From Octopus sinensis (taxonomy: Eukaryota), in assembly GCF_006345805.1 (NCBI RefSeq), contig NC_043014.1, positions 13,268,001 through 13,332,000 on the forward strand: 64,000 nt of DNA, in the 5' to 3' direction. Positions within the stretch are counted from its first letter, which is position 1. Every line of letters starts with the position of its first letter. Below, piece after piece: positions 24,916-37,874 of the stretch. The notes beneath the pieces are model-generated. The model worked only from the letters and a program-made list of their open reading frames with translations. It searched no databases and was not told the DNA's origin. Both the position numbers and the translations under genes were made by a program.

Positions 24916-26133
24916 CCATTGTCTGCTGGAGGATGGCAGGATTCTCTCCCCTGCTTGCAATATATACAGGGTGCAGGCTGCACCTATTACCAGCCGGTGG
25001 TAGATCTGCCTTGTGTTAAAATGGTAGTAACATCAAACAGTCATATTGATTTGATGATTAACTTTACTTGTTAGTATAGTTATTACTTTCATCTGTTACT
25101 GAGATTTTCCAGCTGTTTACTTTGCTTGTTGCAAATTAGTAACCAATGGTCACTTTGTTTTCTATATGTTGCAAGCTGAAGCAGACTCTGTCCATATCTC
25201 TAGTGACCGACCATCCAGCACGCTTTTGTACAATGTCGGGAGCTATCTAGCTTGACAGGTTATGTTGAACATGTGCTGTCGCATCTGAGATGAGTACAGC
25301 TGTGAGCTGGATGTATAATAAAGATGATACCACCAACTGGACTCTCAAAGGAAGGTAAGGCTTGTTTTTACTGTACGGTTGCAGTACTGAAAGCGTGTGT
25401 TTGGAGGACTAGAATGGAAGGTTCTGTGACAGGGTCTTTCATCTCTGGCCCTAGTTTGCTGTCTTACTTCAGATACCATCAGAAGAGCAAGATGGGGTTT
25501 GAGAGGAAGACCCTGCCACTGAGTGAATACGAGAAACGATGAAAGGATGTGATGAGAAATGTGGATGTCAGTAACCCAGCTTAATCATCGATGAAAGGAA
25601 AAGCTAGTTGCAGGGCCTTATAGGCTGCCGGGTTTGATCTTTTTGAACTTTTATTCTTTTTCTTTCTTTGTTTTCTTAATAAAAAAACAGTTCTAGTTAA
25701 AGGTAAAAAATTAATCGTTTATATAAAATATTTTTTAAGTAAATTTTTAACATAATGCTTATTCAAACTCATTTAACATTTTTGTATTTGTTTGTCTTGT
25801 AATGTCCTTTTCTATGTACGATCTTAATGATCATAATAAAGATTTCATCTCTCTAGTGACCGGGTGTGCGTGATTGAGGATGAGCAGACACAGCTGGAAA
25901 CCAAGTCTGTCTCGCAATCTCATTGTCTGCTGAAGGATGATAGGAGTTCACTCCCCTGCTTGCAATATATACAGGGTGCAGGCTGCACCTATTACCAGCT
26001 GGTGGAAGATCTGCCTCGGGTTAAAATAGTAGTAACATTAAACAGCCAAGTAATATGGAACAGCCACTTTGATGTGGCAATTAACTTTACTTGTTAGTAT
26101 AGTTACTACTCTCATCTCTTAGTGAGATTTTCC
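24916..26133 (+). repeat. pair of about 200-bp direct repeats (24916-25110 and 25920-26133)
   Basis: CCCCTGCTTGCAATATATACAGGGTGCAGGCTGCACCTATTACCAGC...AACTTTACTTGTTAGTATAGTTA occurs twice. Confidence 0.85.
25210..25849 (+). mobile_element. 5'-truncated Tx1/L1-clade element with 13-bp TSD TCTCTAGTGACCG
   Basis: ORF 25324-25542 (KEGKACFYCTVAVLKACVWRTRMEG...FISGPSLLSYFRYHQK) is homologous to the C-terminus of ORF2 at 12171; AATAAA at about 25835; TSD at 25197-25209 and 25850-25862. Confidence 0.88.
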
Positions 26134-26684
26134 AAATAACTTAATGTTATTGTCTGTTCCTTCTCATAAGGGCCGGTTTCCCAGTTTCCTTGGCATATAG
26201 GTTCTCACCTAGACGGGATGCCAGTCTGTCGCAGGTGGGTTGCAAGATGCAGGAGGAAAGAGTGAGAGAAAGATGTGGCGAAGGCTTCAGCAGAAGTTTG
26301 CCATTACCTTCTGCCGGAGCCACTTGGAACCTAGATGTTTCGCTCATAAACACACACATCGCCCAGTCTGAGATTCGAACCTGCAATCCCTTGACCGAGA
26401 ATCCGCTGCTCTAACCACTAGGCCATGTGCCTCCACAATAACTTAATGTAAACTGAATATGATAATAACAACAAAAAAAGGGAACAATAAGGGTTTTATG
26501 TTGGAATAAAAGTTTCTAAATTTGGTTCAAGGCCTCAAAGAAATATTTACTAGCAGTAATTTGTCTATCAACACTGGAATAACTAATAAGGGCAAAATCA
26601 ATGCTGGTTGATTTCTAAATTACTATTTTAAACAAATTAATTAAATACTGGGATATATTTTGTTTAGCATTCTATCATCTCTAA

Positions 26685-27075
26685 TGCATTGATGTTGTAT
26701 AACTCTGAGCACCTTTTCAAACTCCACCTGTCTAACACCTGTGGACATGTTTACAAAGTCAGAAAACAGCACAGCTCCCATGACTTTCAGAAACATTTTT
26801 CCACGCTAAGAGTTGCTGAAGCATGGAACAAACTGCCGGCATCAGTTGTTAGTTGTCGGAGCACTGCATCCTTCAAAACTTCCATGCTTCCTGAGATTCA
26901 CCAACACTACACCTGATTTTCTCCCCTCCATACACACGCAAGCATGTCTCTGACTCATACACTGTTCACTTCCCAGACATTTGTACATTACTACATGTGC
27001 TTTATATGCACTTTTGACAAGTTGTAGTGCACCTGAGCACTGTATACAATAATTTCATTATTATTATTATATTGA
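26685..27075 (+). mobile_element. CR1-clade LINE 3' end with (ATT)n tail
   Basis: KLHLSNTCGHVYKVRK...FQKHFSTLRVAEAWNKLP...SFK is a CR1 C-terminus. Minus-strand copies at about 9665-9835, 31975-32460, 52265-52465 and 56515-56910. Confidence 0.85.
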
Positions 27076-27291
27076 TAAGGTACAGGCATGGCCATGTGTG
27101 AAGTGGTTTTAGTCAGTAGACTCTCGCCATTCTGGGTACTACTTTCAGGAGCTTTAATCATTATATTGATTCCAGTATTGTTGCAGCTGTAGAAACCATG
27201 CCAGAGCAGACACTGGTACATGGTGCAGTCCTTGGACATATGAGAGCCTGTCAAATCCTTTAACCTAGGCCAACATGGAACATGGATATTA

Positions 27292-27717
27292 AATGATGAT
27301 GATAGTGATGATGATGATGATGATGATTACGACGACGACGACGATGATGACGACGATGATGACGATAATGATGACGATGATGACGACGATGATGATGATG
27401 ACGATGATGACGACGATGATGATGATGACGATGATGATGACGATGATGACGACGATGATGATGATGACAATGATGATGACGATGATGATGACGATGATGA
27501 TGATGACGATGATGATGACGATGATGATGATGATTATGATGACGCTAATGATGACGATGATGATGATGATAATGATGACGATAATGATGACAATGATGAT
27601 GACAATGATGATGACGATGATAATGACGATGATGATGACGATGATGATGACGATAATGATGACAATGATGATGACGACAACGACGATGATGGTGATGATG
27701 ATGATGATGATGATGAA
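27292..27717 (+). repeat. expanded (GAT/GAC/AAT)n trinucleotide array as the tail of an RTE 3' end
   Basis: Follows ...CATGGAACATGGATATTAAAT, the degenerate RTE terminus. Confidence 0.92.
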
Positions 27718-27971
27718 CTGAGGGTGCTGAACCATTCAGACAAGATGAAAAAGGATCATGATACCTGGTGCCTTGCTGTACTCAAGACCCATACTCCACA
27801 GCAAAAATATTAGGGCCGCTCATCCTGGTTGCTAAGAAGTTTGGCCTGCAACAGTCCTGTGCTGGTGCCACATGAAACTACCCATGACACTCAGTAAAGT
27901 GGTTAGCATTAGAAAAGGCATGATGATGATGATGATGATGACAATGATATATGTATGTATATCATATTCAA

Positions 27972-28049
27972 GGCTCTGATGAAGCTATAGGAGGTTACTC
28001 AGGCACATTATGAGTCCACTACATCTAATCGCAGAAACAGCTGTAAGCT
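27972..28049 (+). ncRNA. type I hammerhead ribozyme-like motif, canonical core, long stem II
   Basis: GGCT-CTGATGA-A-GCTATAG...CTAATCGC-A-GAAAC-AGCT-GTA-AGCT; palindromic stem III ACAGCTGT; GTA cleavage triplet 28043-28045. Confidence 0.6.
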
Positions 28050-28498
28050 AGTGAAGTTCATAACATGACCATTGTTTTTCCCTGTCTCACTTCTTTTTCA
28101 TGTGTAGCTGAGTGGTAAGAAATTTGCTTCTCAGTTGCTCTGCATAGCACCTTGAGCAAGTATCTTCTACTATAGCCTCAGGCCAACCAAAGCCTTGTTA
28201 GTAGATTTGGCAGATAAAAATCTCTCTTTTACTCTTTTACTTGTTTCAGTCATTTGACTGCAGCCATGCTGGAGCACCGCCTTCAATCGAGCAACTCGAC
28301 CCCGGGACTTATTCTTTTGTAAGCCCAGTACTTATTCTATCGGTCTCTTTTGCTGAACCGCTAAGTAACGGGGACATAAACACACTAGCATCGGTTGTCA
28401 AGCAATGCTAGGGGGACAAACACAGACACACAAACACACACACGCATATATCATCATCATCATCATCGTTTAACGTCCGTTTTCCACGCTATCACGGG

Positions 28499-28551
<53 letters not shown>

Positions 28552-29227
28552 TACCACGGGCTTCTTTCAGAGTCCGTCTTCCAAATCCACTCACAAGGCT
28601 TTGGTCAGCCCGAGGCTGTAGTAGAAGACACTTGCCCAAAGAGCCATGCAGTGGGACTGAACCTGGAACCATGTGGCTGGTAAACAAGCTACTTACCACA
28701 CAGCCACACCTGCGAGGCAACTTTAAAAAAAAGTGATTTTATTTGTAGCTTCTTACTTTATTCCATTATACTATCACAACATTGTACTCATATGCACAGA
28801 AACATAAATTACATTTTCCCTAACAAAACCACTCTAAAATATCTTTCAATAAGTGTATTAAGACACATATTTGGTTTTTTCCACATCATATCATTGTAAC
28901 AGTTGAATGATTCAAAATATACATCGTTTAACCAGACTGGATTATCAAGTAGTTATATAAAGACTACTGGAGATCTATTGCTTTTGGTACTACACTGGAC
29001 AAATAAGAACAAAAGAAAAAAAAACAAAGCCCTTATATATAGTAATAGTAACAATAGTGAAATTATTGTGTCTAGTTCTCAGGTGCCCTGCAACTTATCA
29101 AAGGAGCATGTACAGTACATAGAATTATGTACAAATGTTAGGAAATAGTACATTGCCTGTTATTTCATAAAAATAACTAAATGGCATTTTTGTTCTATTA
29201 TTATAGGTGCAGGAGTGGCTGTGTGGT

Positions 29228-29825
29228 GAGAGGCGAGCTGGCAGAAATGTTAGTATGCTGGGCGAAATGCTTAGCAGTATTTCATCTGCCGCTACGTTCT
29301 GAGTTCAAATTCTGCCAAGGTTGACTTTGCCTTTTATCCTTCCGGGGTCGATTAAACAAGTACCAGTTACGCACAGGGGTCGATATAATCGACTTAATCC
29401 GTTTGTCTGTCCTTGTTTGTCCTCTCTGTGTTTAGCCCCTTGTGGGTAGTAAAGAAATAGGTATTTTGTCTGCTGCTACGTTCTGAGTTCAAATTCCACA
29501 GAGGCTGACTTTGCCTTTCATCCTTTCGGGGTCGATTAAACAAGTACCAGTTACGCACAGGGGTCGATATAATCGACTTAATCCGTTTGTCTGTCCTTGT
29601 CTGTCCTCTCTGTGTTTAGCCCCTTGTGGGTAGTAAAGAAATAGGTATTTTATCTGCAGCTACGTTCTGAGTTCAAATTCCACCGAGGTTGACTTTGCCT
29701 TTTATCCTTCCGGGGTCGATTAAACAAGTACCAGTTACGCACAGGGGTCGATATAATCGACTTAATCCATTTGTCTGTCCTTGCTTGTCCCCTCTGTGTG
29801 TAGCCCCTTGTGGACAGTAATGAAA
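29228..29825 (+). repeat. SINE family A concatemer (three units, 184-bp period)
   Basis: Junction ATAGGTATTTT-(G/A)TCTGC at 29461 and 29645. Confidence 0.9.
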
Positions 29826-32789
29826 TAAAAAGCTTGCTTGCTTCCCAACCACATGGTTCCAGGTTCTGTCCCACTGCGTGGCACCTTTTATTATAGCTCT
29901 GGGTGACTGTTTAAAATACATTTCATTTCATTTTGTTTTCTAAATTTAATAGAACCTACAGACAATTAAATTCAAGTTAGCTTCTACTATCAAACCTTGG
30001 AGGGAGGAAAAGCAAGGTTGACCACAGTGGGATTTGAACTCAGAATGCTCTTTTAAAAACGGTATGTTGAAAGTTCTTGAAAAGTTCTATGGTGATTGAG
30101 GTGATAAAATCAACGTAGATTTTTTAAATAAATGTGATAGGATAATTCCTAGAATTAAACAAGTTTTATGGCTGTTACCTTAAACAAAATGCTTATCAAA
30201 CCAACAGAGCCATCTATATATGGTCGCTAAATTTGCTAGAAATAGCAGCTAAACAGCATTCAAACTATATGTTACTGTTTTTAAAAGAGCACACATTTGA
30301 ATACGGTATATTTAGTAAAGGTTTTAATTCTGATCAGAGTTCTGTTTTGTCACGACTGAGACAAGACTGAACACTAACAACAAAGCTTATTTCCTTCTCT
30401 CAAAGCCAAGGCAGGATTGTAAGAAGTTTCATGCGACATGCAGATGGGATTTGGGCAGAACATGCAGAAGGTTAGGAAGTGATTGCAAGGGAGTGAACTC
30501 TGTAAGACTTGTTGGATATGCTGCGAAAACTAAGAACATACGAACAGAGAAAACTGTTGCTTAGCAACCAGCACAGCTGCCACAACTACCGCCACCACCA
30601 AAAACCCTGTGGGTACTTTATAAAAATACAAAAATACCCCTCAGGATTGATAAAGGAAGGTTTTTAAAAGGCATTGAAACTCAAGACCACCAAATTAAGA
30701 ACACTAAAAGAAAAAAAAAAAAACAAACAGACAATACCTATTTCTTTACTACCCACAAGGGGCTAAACACAGAGGGGACAAACAAGGACAGACAAAGGTA
30801 TTAAGTCGATTACATCGACCCCAGTGCATAACTCGTACTTAATTTATCGACCCCGAAAGGATGACAGGCAAAGTCGACCTCGGCGGAATTTGAACTCAGA
30901 ACGTAGCAGCAGACAAAATACCTATTTCTTTACTACCCACAAGGGGCTAAACACAGAGAGGACAAACAAGGACAGACAAACGGATTAAGTCGATTACATC
31001 GACCCCAGTGCATAACTCGTACTTAATTTATCGACCCCGAAAGGATGACAGGCAAAGTCGACCTCGGCGGAATTTGAACTCAGAACGTAGCGGCAGACGA
31101 AATACGGCTAAGCATTTCACCCAGGAAAATTTTGATTTAAACCTAACAATTTAGAATTATCAAATGCAAAATACTTTAAAATGTACTAATATAAACCCAA
31201 CACAAATGGCCACATTTGAATGAGTCAAGGCTATGACTCATAGTACAGGTGTGCTGGGCAGCATGCACAAGTTACCAATCTTTTTCCAATCTACCTATAT
31301 ATTGGTACATTGAATATTTGCATTTAAAAATTCTAAATTGCTATGTTTAAATCGAAATTTACATGTAAATTTTAATTTTTCATCAATTGATATAAAATTT
31401 TATATATGTTCTGAAGCAACTTTTATAAGTGAGATACATCTGTGTTATTTGTCTGCAAGCTTTGTGTATAGCCAGGACAGGTGTATATTCTAGGCTGGCT
31501 GTCTGGAGGGGGTGTATTCTGGGCTGTTACAGTGGCCATAAAACTGGCTTATTGATGACATAGTCTGCAAGAGTGGTTTATGAAGAGGTTGTGATTTGTT
31601 TTCACCTTCACATATTTACAAATGCCTATATTTTCGACATATTTATCATCATAAGTTCATTCTTAATTTTACTTTTTATGTTTGTATTAAGCATCAATAA
31701 GTAGGGACCTAATAAGCCAATAAAAAGACTAGCTAGTAGCATTGTCAGAATTAAGATGTTCATTTTACATAAAGTTCTTAGTGACTTTTAGTTGACCTTT
31801 TTTAAAGTAGCTACAAAGTGTTACAATGGCAAGAAACTTCACCTAAGTCCAACCGAATGACATAAATGAGGTCACTGAAGCAAAACAAAATTAACAAATT
31901 TCTTCAAAGTAACTTCTGCATGAATAAGGACTTAGCGTGCTTTTAAAAATATCTTATATATATATAATAATATTAATAATGAAATTATTGTATACAGTGC
32001 TCAGGTGCACCACTACTTGTCAAAAGTGCATATAAAGCATATGCAGTAATGTACAAATGTCTGGGAAGTGAACATTGTATGAGTCAGATACATGCTTGCG
32101 TGTGTATGGAGGGGAGAAAATTAGGTGTAGTGTTGGCGAATCTCAGGAAGCATGGAAGTTTTGAAAGATACGATGCTCCGACAACTAACAACTGATGCTG
32201 GCAGTTTGTTCCATTCTTCAGCAACTCTCAGCGTGAAAAAATGTTTCCTAAAGTCATGGGAGCTGTGCTGTTTTCTGACTTTGTCAATATACCCACGGGT
32301 GTTAGACGGGTGGAGTTTGAAAAGGTGCTCGGAGTTATTGTTAGTAAGATGGTTAATAATTTTATGGGTGTCTGCCAAGTCAGTTGCCAGACGTTGGAGT
32401 TTCAATGTATCCATGCCCAGGGAAGTAAGGCATTCAGAATATGGCAAATGCCTGATGGAGGGTATAAAAACCTACATTAAGCATTAGAGAAAGAAACCTA
32501 GTTGTTTCTTGCGATAAATACAAGTAAAGTAAAAAAAAATTTCAGGGACACTTAAAATATTATCATGGACTCCTCCAACTTACTACGTTGCTTGTATGGA
32601 GTGCTCAAAAAATCTGATATGGACTCCCATATATCGACCCCTGTTGAGAACCACTAATCTAAGTCGTTCTATATCATATCATTACAATGAATTTGATGTC
32701 AGGGCAGATATGCTATCAATTAGCATTACAGCATATAAGCTCTTAACATATCTCTTCTCCACAGCAAAGCAGCATCTCATAGTACTTAC

Positions 32790-33200
32790 TTGTACTTGTG
32801 GCAACATTCACCCTGGGCGGGTTGAGTCGGCTTCTTCTACCACCCTCGAGGCGTATTCGCCATTGAGAATTCATGGAAGAAGTTTCGTGAGAATATGTGG
32901 ATTTCACAAGCGATCCCCAACAATCCCGCATGTAGAGACATCCTGTTTGCCGTAGATTGTCCGCAGATGCAGGGACAGAATGACCGAGGAGCCACCGGTT
33001 GCTGAAACAGATACTCCGAGGATTTTCACCAGTTGTGGCCCTAATACCACTCGGTGTCAGACCAATCCGCCTTGGGTGGCCCTACCAGGAACCGAAGTTC
33101 CCGACGGCATAGCTCTGACATTACCCGTTGCCAGCATCCCCACCACGGTGAGGAGGGGATGGACTTTGGGGACGCTTGGGTCCCCAAAGTCCAACATCTC
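32790..33200 (-). mobile_element. RTE-type LINE 5'UTR fragment
   Basis: GC-rich island; GGTAGGGCCACCCAAGGCGGATTGGTC resembles RTE 5' leaders; perfect 13-bp hairpin GGACTTTGGGGAC/GTCCCCAAAGTCC. Confidence 0.55.
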
Positions 33201-33863
33201 ATAGCCAACAAAGGAACCTTTATATAGTTATCCCATCTGCAAAAAATTACCCCCAACCACTTTAAAAAAAAAGGCTAAAAACCATATTCATGAATAATTT
33301 AATCCTAAAATAATGCCAAAAGAAGTTATGGTCACAACTTGGCTGGAATGTCAAAGGGAAGGAAAAAAGCTAGCAGAGAACAGAACATGCATATCGACAC
33401 AGTTAAAAATTTTCCTTTAAATTCAGCTCTGTACCAAACAGAAAATATAAGTATCATTTTCAAAAGATATGAATGTCTCTTTCATAATACATATACAACT
33501 AGCACATATACAGGCGACAAAGAAATGAAAATTCACAAAAGCATAACCTGGGTCATAACAAAACACTGACACAAAAAAAAACCTAAGCAGCTCCATTATG
33601 TTCAACAAATTTCACACACACAATTAGATATAACAAAAACACCCCATATACTAAATTCAGGCACACCAGACACAACACCCAGAAACAACAACAAAAAAGA
33701 CACACAATGTAACTATAGGTGTAGGAGTGGCTGTGAGGTAAGTAGCTTGCTTACCAACCACATGTTTCCTCCACCATAGCCTCAGGCTGACCAAAGCCCT
33801 GTGAGTGGATCTGGTTGACGGAAACTGAAAGAAGCCCATCGTATATATGTGTGTGTGTTTATG

Positions 33864-33902
<39 letters not shown>

Positions 33903-34604
33903 AATTAATGAATAAAACATATGCATATATACATACATATATGTACGTACCTACATCTATATGTATATATACATGCATATATGGGTACAGGACACCAAAA
34001 AAATGTCAAACACAATGAAAAACGAAAACATGAACACAAAACCAAGGAAATGGACATTTTTCTTAAACAACGAATAAATAGAGTACAGGACAAATAACAC
34101 AAGGAAAATTCCCCTTCTTCAGTCTCCATGGTTTCATCTACTCTGCGTTTCGAAGGTGAAGTATGTATATGTGTGTGTATATATGTTTGTGTGTCTGTGT
34201 TTGTCCCCACAACATCGCTTGACAACCGATGCTGGCATGTTTACGTCTCTGTAACTTAGTGGTTCAGCAAAAGAGACCGATAGAATGAGTACTAGGCTTA
34301 CAAAGAATAAGTCCTGGGGTCAATTTGCTCGACTAAAGATGGTGATCCAGCATGGCCACAGTCAAATAACTGAAACAAGTAAAAGAGTATAAAAAGAGAT
34401 AACAAAATGGTTCACACTCAAAACAAAATACTATAAGGACCCCCAGTGAGAACCACTGCTCCATAACCTGAAGAAATCACAGCACTAAGATTTTCAACTT
34501 TTCATATCAAAATTACCAAATCCTCAGAATTTATAAACTAGGTAGAAAAAATACCAAAACCTGACAAAAGTAACATCATACCCAAACATCTTTTTATTTG
34601 CATC

Positions 34605-35400
34605 TGTAGTGGATGCTTAGTGAAATTCTCTCTCTCTCTCTGTTATATATGACATAAATATGGACGTAGCAGATAACAGCTAGCCTTCGGCTGTTTGGAC
34701 CCTGTTGTGTCCACTACTCTGATTGGTTGGTATTGGTGCAATTTGTCTCTTGCTCTATTACGCGCCAATATGCAACCCAACCCATCACAACCTTCTGAAG
34801 CTCTGTTTGAGCCGATAATTTGCTATAAAACTTCAACAATTCATCGAGTCGAAATCTTTGGTTCTAGACCTTCTCAGGTCTAACTACTGACCACAGAGCA
34901 CACATCTAGTTCCAGCGACAGACAACGCCAGCAGCATCAGGGCCTCCATCTTAATTTCAACAACATCTCTACGTACACAACATTTGCTCAGGTGCAACTC
35001 CACACTGTTTGTGAATTACTTCACCCTGGTTAACAGCAAGTACAACCTGCGGGATCTTCCTGTATCAAGTGACCGGAAACAGCATAGTAGCCACAACTTC
35101 TTACATGACATGTGCTTCAACCGGCTCTGCTTCTACACCACAACTTCTTGTTACAGTTCAACTATTGTGTACCTTACTACGAACTGGTATTTATCTTCAT
35201 TGTGCGAGAACATTCTTCTAATGTCCTGTTATGGACTCTTTCTATGCTCTGTATTTTATCTCACATGCATACACCCTTGTTTGTACACACATACACATTA
35301 TGTATGCATGACGACCTGTCTATTATTATTATTATATATGCACTTATGATGCACACACACACACGTTAACACCTAAATTAAATCTTCTCTTAAACCTTCT
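34605..35400 (+). mobile_element. solo LTR, 3'-truncated (same family as 41143 and 57471)
   Basis: Starts TGTAG and is colinear with the other two copies; the 3' CTACA end is missing. Confidence 0.75.
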
Positions 35401-36854
35401 ATTGGTTTTGTATTTCTTTTTTTTAAATCCTGTTCCCCACCTAACAACTCAAATAGAATACTAACAAAAGAAAAAAAAAACTGGCACTCTGCTGACTATG
35501 ATGACAAGTGTTCCAGTTGATCCAATCAACGGAATGTCCTCCTTATGAAATAAAGCGACTGAGCACTCTACAGACACGTATACCTATTTCTTTACTACCC
35601 ACAAGGGGTTAAACACAGAGAGGACAAACAAAGACAGACAAACGGATTAAGTCGATTACATCGACCCCAGTGTGTAACTGGTACTTAATTTATCGACCCC
35701 GAAAGGATGAAAGGCAAAGTCGACCTCGGCGGAATTTGAGCTCAGAACGTAACGGCAGATGAAATACCTATTTCTTTACTACCCACAAGGGGCTAAACAC
35801 AGAGAGGACAAACAAAGACAGACAAACGAATTAAGTTGATTACATCGACCCCAGAGCATAACTAGTACTTATTTAATTGACCCCGAAAAGATGAAAGGTA
35901 AAGTCGACCTCGGCAGAATTTGAACTCAGAACGTAACGGCTACGCATTTCGCCCGGTGTGCTAACGACTCTGCCAGCTCACCACCTTCATACAAACACGC
36001 ATACCCTTAACGTAGTTCAAAGAGAGATTCAGCATGACAAAGAGGGTAACAAGTTTGGCCCTTTGAAATACAAATACCACTCATTTTTGCCAACTGAGTA
36101 CACTGGAGCAGTGTGAAATAAAGTGTCTTGATCAAGAACACATCACATCACCTGGTATCAAACTCATGAGCCAAATGCCCTAACCTATTTCTTTACTACC
36201 CACAAGGGGCTAAACACAGAGGGGACAAACAAGGACAGACAAACGGATTAAGTCAAATATATCGACCCCAGTGCGTAACTGGTACTTATTTAATCGACCC
36301 CGAAAGGATGAAAGGCAAATTTGAACTCAGAATGTAACAACAGACGAAATACTGCTACGCATTTCACCCGCCGTGCTAACGTTTCTGCCAACTCGCTGCC
36401 TTTGTGGTTGGTAAGCAAGCTACTTACCTCACAGCCACTCCTACACCTATAGTTACATTGTGTGTCTTTTTTGTTGTTGTTTCTGGGTGTGCCTGAATTT
36501 AGTATATGGGGTGTTTTTGTTATATCTAATTGTGTGTGTGAAATTTGTTGAACATAATGGAGCTGCTTAGGTTTTTTTGTGTCGATGTTTTGTTATGACC
36601 CAGGGCCAAATGCCCTAATCACAAAGCCACATACCTTCATAAATAAAATACTAAAAATTTTAATGAACAACAGGCGTAGGAGTGGCTGTGTGGTAAGTAG
36701 CTTGCTTACCAACCACATGGTTCTGGGTTCAGTCCCACAGCATGGCACTCCGGGCAAGTGTCTTCTACAACAGCCTCGGGCCAATCAAAGCCCAGTGAGT
36801 GGATTTGATAGACGGAAACTGAAAGAAGCCTGTCGTATATATGTATATATATAT

Positions 36855-36897
<43 letters not shown>

Positions 36898-37725
36898 ACA
36901 AAATAAGGGCAAAAGAAAAATTCTAATGCCAACCTTTAAAGGTATTTTTTGATATGCTGGCCATTGATAAAATTTTTCTCGAAAAAAATTTTATCCTACA
37001 TTAGTTTAACGTCCGTTCTCCATGCTAGCATGGGTTGGACGGTTCGACCGGGTTCTGGGAAGCCAGAAGGCTGCACCAGGCTCCAGTCTAATCTGGCAAT
37101 GTTTCTACAGCTGGATGCCCTTCCTAACGCCAACCACTCCGTGAGTGTAGTGGGTGCTTTTTACGTGCCACCTGCACAGGTGCCAGGCGGGGCTGGCAAC
37201 GGCCACGGTCAGATTGGTGTATTTTATGTGCCACCGGCACGGAAGCCAGTCGAGGCGGTGCTGGCATCAGCCACGAGTCGGATAGTGCTTTTTACGTACC
37301 ACCAGACCAGGGATCCTGGCTGGTTCAATTCGATTTCGATTTCGCTTGCCCCAACATGTCCTCACAAGCAAAGGGGGTTGGCATGGGTGCCTGTCGTACG
37401 GTCGCATTGGAGTATTTTACGTGCCACGGCCACGAGTCGTATATATGTATATGTGTGTATATATGTGTGTATATATACATATATATATGTATGTGTGTGT
37501 GTGTGTGTATATATATATACACACACATATATATATGTATATGTATATGTATGTATGTATGTATGTGTTTGTGGGTGTGTGTATATATATTATATAATTA
37601 TAATAAAGGGTTTTTTGCAACAAGTTGCTTAAACCACACACCAAAAATATTAGAAATAGCAGTCAAATGGGTTACTATTACTATTACTACAAAAATAAGT
37701 CTCCACAAACAACAGTATTTGTAAC

Positions 37726-37773
<48 letters not shown>

Positions 37774-37874
37774 CTGATAAAAGTAACAAGGTTTTCTCAA
37801 CAAATTGAAATAGTACAAAATTCTGTGCACTTACAGCACAGCATTTACATATTGTTATTATATTTATTTGCAGA

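Noticed and set aside
24886-24925. CTGAGGA...GAAA spacing
   Set aside because: Stem III and the NUH site cannot form.
27289-27743. Poly-Met/Thr, poly-Ile and poly-Ser ORFs
   Set aside because: Reading frames of the (GAY)n tail; no gene context.
31843-35462. Short minus-strand microexon candidates (DLIYVIRLDL, FINSEDL, ILFELL, AEFKGKFLT)
   Set aside because: Splice-like signals are common in this pyrimidine-rich DNA; no consistent phase chain or homology supports them.
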